This document shows, piece by piece, positions 49,244-50,341 of a DNA stretch of 50,341 nt (positions are counted from its first letter, which is position 1; the number at the start of each line of letters is the position of its first letter). The notes beneath the pieces are model-generated. The model had not been told where the DNA came from. It saw nothing but the letters and a program-made list of their open reading frames with translations, and made no database searches. Source of the DNA: Actinomycetota bacterium (GTDB lineage Bacteria > Actinomycetota > Actinomycetes > Nanopelagicales > Nanopelagicaceae); assembly GCA_041165905.1 (NCBI GenBank), contig JBEAMP010000052.1:1-50341 (forward strand). Reading direction: 5' to 3'. Both the position numbers and the translations under genes were made by a program.

Positions 49244-49506
49244 TAAAGTTCCTTATAGATCTCTTCAAGAGAAATGCCACGCGCCTTTGCTAGCACTTGT
49301 AAGTAATAAAGTAGTTGAGAAATTTCTAGCGCTAGCTGTTCGTTAGATTGATATTCGGCAGCAATCCAAACTTCGCCGGCTTCTTCCATAATCTTCTTGC
49401 CAATGGAGTGAATACCAGAATTGATAAGTGAAACCGTTCCAGAATCAACTTGGCCAGATTCTATTTTTTGACCAATTTCTACCCATAACTCATCGAACGA
49501 TTTCAT
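49243..49506 (-). CDS. hisE: Phosphoribosyl-ATP pyrophosphatase
   Basis: 87 aa. F..L...I and K..EE..E...A motifs. 1-nt stop/start overlap with hisG. Confidence 0.9.
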   Translation of the reverse strand: MKSFDELWVEIGQKIESGQVDSGTVSLINSGIHSIGKKIMEEAGEVWIAAEYQSNEQLALEISQLLYYLQVLAKARGISLEEIYKEL

Positions 49507-49531
49507 AACGTAATTTTACTTTACAAAGTAG

Positions 49532-50185
49532 TTACTTCGTTGCCAATTTCCGAAGCTGCTTGACCATCGCAGCCGGGTCTAACGCTTTAAATACTGCACT
49601 CCCAGCAACAAAAGTGTCTGCACCGGCATCCCTTGCGATTTCTATTGTTTCCAATGAAATACCACCATCAACTTGAAGCCAAATGTCAGCATCTCCAATA
49701 AATTCTCGTGATTTACTGATTTTTCCCATCATCTCTTGCATAAATTTTTGTCCACCAAACCCAGGCTCTACGGTCATGATTAAAATCATGTCCAGTTCAG
49801 ATTTAAAATCTCTTAAGACTTCAAAGTCTGTATTCGGCTTGATAGCCAATGCGGCCCTTGCTCCCTCTTTTCGTATCGCCTGTAGCGTTGCCCTTACATT
49901 CTGCGCTGCTTCAAAATGAATAGTGACGCTGGCGCAACCAATTTCAGCATACTTAGGTGCCTGAGTATCGGGATCCTCAATCATTAAATGAGCATCTACC
50001 GGTAGTGGACTTTTCTTAATAATTTTTGATGCGGCCTCAAAATTCCAAGTTAAATTTGGGACAAATTTATTGTCCATAATATCTAAATGCAGCAAATCGG
50101 AAACTGAAGAAATTTTCGAAATCTCTGATTCAAGATTATTTAAATCGGCATTCAAAATACTAGGGGTAATACGAACGTGAGCCAT
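49532..50185 (-). CDS. rpe: Ribulose-phosphate 3-epimerase
   Basis: I.PSIL.AD, HLDIMD..FVPN and MTV.PGFGGQKF motifs. Confidence 0.94.
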   Translation of the reverse strand: MAHVRITPSILNADLNNLESEISKISSVSDLLHLDIMDNKFVPNLTWNFEAASKIIKKSPLPVDAHLMIEDPDTQAPKYAEIGCASVTIHFEAAQNVRATLQAIRKEGARAALAIKPNTDFEVLRDFKSELDMILIMTVEPGFGGQKFMQEMMGKISKSREFIGDADIWLQVDGGISLETIEIARDAGADTFVAGSAVFKALDPAAMVKQLRKLATK

Positions 50186-50201
50186 GTTTAATTATCCCCT
50201 A

Positions 50202-50341
50202 GTCATCGCTTGCGATAGAGTGCCAAGAACATTGCATCGGTGTCGTGTCGGTGTGGCCATAGTTGCATAAATCCATCTGACGTTGCGTTCTTTAAATTCT
50301 GTGGCAAGAATGGCGTAACATCGATAGGCTCCACATCTAAT
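50202..50341 (-). CDS. rsmB: 3' end of 16S rRNA (cytosine-C5)-methyltransferase RsmB/Sun; the 5' part lies outside the window
   Basis: Hand translation of the minus strand: ...LDVEPIDVTPFLPQNLKNATSDGFMQLWPHRHDTDAMFLALYRKR-stop. The WPH.H.TD..F.A.L ending is typical of RsmB, and rsmB-rpe synteny is common in actinobacteria. Confidence 0.7.

Noticed and set aside
50247-50254. Exact TGTCGGTG (upstream half of the PafBC-associated RecA-NDp promoter motif) at 50247-50254, and another at 6689-6696.
   Set aside because: Both lie inside coding regions (rsmB antisense strand, and pyrG). In neither case is a TANNNT hexamer found 8 nt downstream. They are probably coincidental.

Overview
This window looks like a core chromosomal segment of a genome-streamlined, unusually AT-rich actinobacterium. 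That assignment is inference. It rests on gene order matching Mycobacterium tuberculosis Rv1691-Rv1713, Rv1822-Rv1832 and Rv2051c-Rv2141c (Rv numbers from memory), on the mycothiol ligase mshC, on pafBC, and on very small or negative intergenic gaps. The window starts inside the 23S rRNA gene, then has 5S rRNA and a terminator. About 22 kb of almost purely plus-strand housekeeping genes follow: tlyA, nadK, recN, pyrG, ald, xerD, scpAB, rluB, aroH, tyrA, a cmk-der fusion, pgsA, gcvH, garA, two MerR genes and gcvP. After that come mostly minus-strand genes (ppm1-like GT2, 5'-3' exonuclease, helY, lipid kinase, tatCA, pafCB, trmI) and then a mixed-strand block: mshC cluster, tRNA-Leu(GAG), apt, tdk, purine permease, ung, serB, hisGE, rpe and the rsmB 3' end. 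I found no CRISPR array, transposase, phage gene, toxin-antitoxin pair or recognisable defence system, and no convincing novel multi-gene system. The observations most worth follow-up are these. (1) A 28-bp dif-like XerCD site lies exactly at the strand switch (22848-22875), which would put the replication terminus about 22 kb from the rRNA operon. (2) The only large non-coding gap (12930-13192) holds a dense nested array of TCGA-core and DnaA-box-like repeats. (3) The whole pafA-to-mpa Pup-proteasome block is absent between trmI and pafB, while pafBC and a PAC2 gene remain. (4) A ParA-like ATPase is translationally coupled to a small RHH-like protein. (5) There are several fused, split or uncharacterised small genes.
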